Both the position numbers and the translations under genes were made by a program. A stretch of DNA of 64,000 nt from the human T2T-CHM13v2.0 reference genome, Homo sapiens, in NCBI RefSeq assembly GCF_009914755.1, contig NC_060947.1, one strand, 5' to 3'. The notes beneath the pieces were generated by a model that had not been told where the DNA came from, ran no database searches, and saw nothing but the letters and a program-made list of their open reading frames with translations. Shown piece by piece: positions 58,245-64,000 of this stretch; position 1 is the first letter of the stretch; every line of letters begins with the position of its first letter.

Positions 58245-59460
58245 GTTGCAGATCCAGATTTTCTCATCAACACCTTGTTCATGATGTTCACTCACATTTT
58301 CAGCTGTGAAGTCTGTTGCTGAGTCATTCCTTGATTTTCTGCATGGTTTTGCGTACCCCAGTATTAGCCTACATCCTTTCCTGTATTACAGCTCCATAAA
58401 GAATTCTCATAAATGACTTGAAGTCACCTTAACCTAACTGTCTAAAATCTCTCAAACACATGACAACTTTCTTCTCTTCCTGAACATGAGAAAATGTCAG
58501 TAGCCGTCCTCTTTGCTGCTTCCCACTGTTACCTTGACTCTTTCAGTCTACTGCAGATATTTGTCATTTGCCCTTTGATTTTCCCTATTTTGATTTTATT
58601 TATCTATTTATTTTTTTACTGTGCTCTCCATCAGTTTGTTCTGAAATTGAAAAATATCTATTTTTCTCTTCAAAGTATTTGGCTTCATTTCTTTCCTTGA
58701 GAGCTTTCCTCAAATTATTTTCTCATCTGTACCAATCCTCTCTGACAGCTTGGAATGAAAGTTGGGCTTCTCTCCTTGACCATTCCTCATCATTTTCTAT
58801 GCCTTCTCTTAGTTACATGAATTTGCTCATCCTCCATTTACTTCTGCCAAATTTCCAAGCTTTTAAGAAATTAATTTCAGCTAGTACTATTGCATGATCA
58901 GAAAAAGCGCTATCTTTCATTTCATGTGTCGGACCTCTACTCTCTCTTGCATATAAATCCTGTCAGCCCTACTGGATCACTTCTTTTTTTATGTAAGCAT
59001 ATTGCAAACTGTTAGTATGCATTTCCAAATAATCTTCTTTCAAGTCTACATTTTTGCACACAATTTTCTAAATATTCAGCTTCACTGGTCAATTTCCAAT
59101 TCTCTCTGGCTCTATTCCCTTTTCTGAGATGCAATTGAAATGTCTCTACTCCAACATAAAATAGAATGGTTTACTCTATTTTATGAAGAATGAAAAAACC
59201 ACATCCTTAATTTACAAATCTGAGCTGTTCTCTTCCCTAATTGTCATCCTTGATCAAGTCTTCCAGTTGAGATCTCCTATCTATCATCAGACCTTTGCAT
59301 GATAATGTTTAACCCAAAATCTTACCCCATTGTTGTACTCTCTTCCTCCTTTTCAATAACAAGAAACTTAAACTTAGCCGTTTCATTTGAATAATTGGCA
59401 AGTAGTATAAGCAAGCACTCTATGTTGTAAACATAAAGGAAATAGATAAATTATTTGTAG
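58245..59460 (-). mobile_element. Ancient L1/Tx1-clade LINE fossil (APE endonuclease and linker)
   Basis: Manual minus-strand translation across frameshifts gives ordered motifs GGREYNNGVRFWVK, EISTGRLD, HFNCISEK, MHTNSLQYAY, SSRADRIYM, SAFSDHAIVLAEI, KFGRSKWRMS, EFFMEL, DFTAENV, MRKSG. Confidence 0.6.
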
Positions 59461-59599
59461 GTAGGAAGAAACGTGGAATACTTCTTTAAAATAGAAGAAC
59501 TTGAGCAAGGTTAATGGAATATTTCTTTTAAGAGAGAAGAACTTGAGCACAGGTAGGATTATAATAATCAAAATGTAGTGTGGGATATGACTCTATTCC

Positions 59600-62670
<3,071 letters not shown>

Positions 62671-62809
62671 TATTTGAATTTCATTTCTTCCTCACAGATT
62701 CTTCTTCCTTACTCCCCTCTGCAGATGACCCTTCCTTTGACAGAAGCCAAAAAGCTAGTACTAATTGCATATAAAACTCATAAAGTATTATTGAAAGTTG
62801 AACAGTATA

Positions 62810-63050
62810 ATTGAAAGAGTATGGACTTAGGAGTTTCATGTTCTAAGCCCTACTCCACCACTTAATATCTTCATGATTTGGCACAGTTAACCTCACTGAG
62901 CTTCAGTTTCTTCCTCTGTAAAATGAGGATCATATCTATTTTCCAGAGCTATTGTAAGGTTTAATGAAATACTGCAAACACGTATAGAAAGTAGTTTGCT
63001 TGAATGCTTCCTGGTACGTAATAGATGTTCAAATGGTAGTTAGTTCTGTT
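62810..63050 (+). mobile_element. MIR SINE
   Basis: 'aacctcactgagcttcagtttcttcctctgtaaaatgagga'. Confidence 0.8.
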
Positions 63051-63804
63051 TCCATTATTTTTATTACTCTTAGTATCTTTGTTATTATCTCAGTGTCCAT
63101 GGAGTGCTTTTTCCAGATTCTGCTGTCCCCTCCAAGGCTGGTTTCATCATGTTTCATCCTGCCCCTGCCTTCTCTTCACTGAAGTCATACCAAGTCACAC
63201 TGTAGATAGGTGACTCCCTAAATATTGCCCAACAAGCCACATAGTGTCAGGAACCCTCCCTGACTCCAGTCCAATCATTGAGCCAGCTGGCCCTAGGTTC
63301 ACACCAATGGCAGAGGCTGTCCCTCAAATCAGGTCGAATTTGGCTGGACAAGGAAACCAACCACACAAAGATGGCCTCTCAGATCATTCGTTTAACTATT
63401 GCCATAAATGGACACATAAACCTCCTATCATTGCGTGTGTCATAAGTGAATATATTATATTCTCATATGCTATGTTCTCATACATTATATTCTCCCAGGC
63501 ATGCCTCATGTCCAACTACCTGAAAACATGCCAACTGGAAGAAGCCCCTCAAATCTCAACACATAAGGAGTGCAAAACACAAAAACAAAATCTTAGCAGC
63601 CAAGGCCCCTCTGACTGAATCATGGCCAGCTGTCTTTAAAATAACGTATGCCAATTTTATGACTGCCTACAGAGATTGCCCTGCAAATAACCTTGGGTAG
63701 GTGGTTGTGCCTCTAATTATACCCCGTAAGTGACAGAAATCATGCTGCATCATGACTGTCTTCAAATTGCAGAAAAACAGACCTAATTAAAAGAGTTTCC
63801 TGAT

Positions 63805-64000
63805 GGCCGGGTGCAGTGGCTCACGCCTGTAATCCCAGCACTTTGGGAAGCCAAGGTGAGTGGATCACCTAGGGTCAAGAGTTCGACACCAGCCTGACCA
63901 ACATGGAGAAACCCCATCTCTAGTAAAAATACAAAATTAGTCAGGCATGGTGGTGCATGCCTGTAATCTCAGCTACTTGGGAGGCTGAGGCAGGAGTATC
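63805..64000 (+). mobile_element. AluSp-like, cut by window end
   Basis: 'cagcctgaccaacatggagaaacccc' Sp diagnostic. Confidence 0.85.

Noticed and set aside
59473-59549. Imperfect ~34-bp duplication ending agaagaacttgagca
   Set aside because: Two copies only, diverged, no further structure
63244-63618. 124-aa ORF
   Set aside because: Non-ATG start, no recognisable homology

Overview
AT-rich, repeat-dense human genomic DNA (an AluYa5 carrying all five diagnostic bases is human-specific) with no intact host protein-coding gene. Main contents: (1) a full-length, TSD-flanked L1PA2/L1PA3-type LINE-1 (12875-18925, +) with dead ORF1/ORF2, an intact antisense ORF0 and the short, ZNF93-escaped 5'UTR; (2) two same-strand olfactory receptor pseudogenes resembling family 13 (30312-31263, Alu-interrupted and 3'-truncated; 53227-54152, full length but frameshifted); (3) a nested 6.9 kb pile of old L1s (33731-40676) in which two L1MA copies each show a twin-priming inversion; (4) many Alu, L2, MIR, MaLR LTR, Tigger3 and hAT elements; (5) CR1/L3 fossils and, most unusually, a ~1.2 kb minus-strand fossil of an L1/Tx1-clade APE endonuclease region (58245-59460) that the ORF track does not reveal. 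Several short locally templated duplications and two candidate enhancer motif clusters were also seen. I found no evidence of a genuinely new biological system. Subfamily names and the boundaries of old repeats are by-eye estimates.
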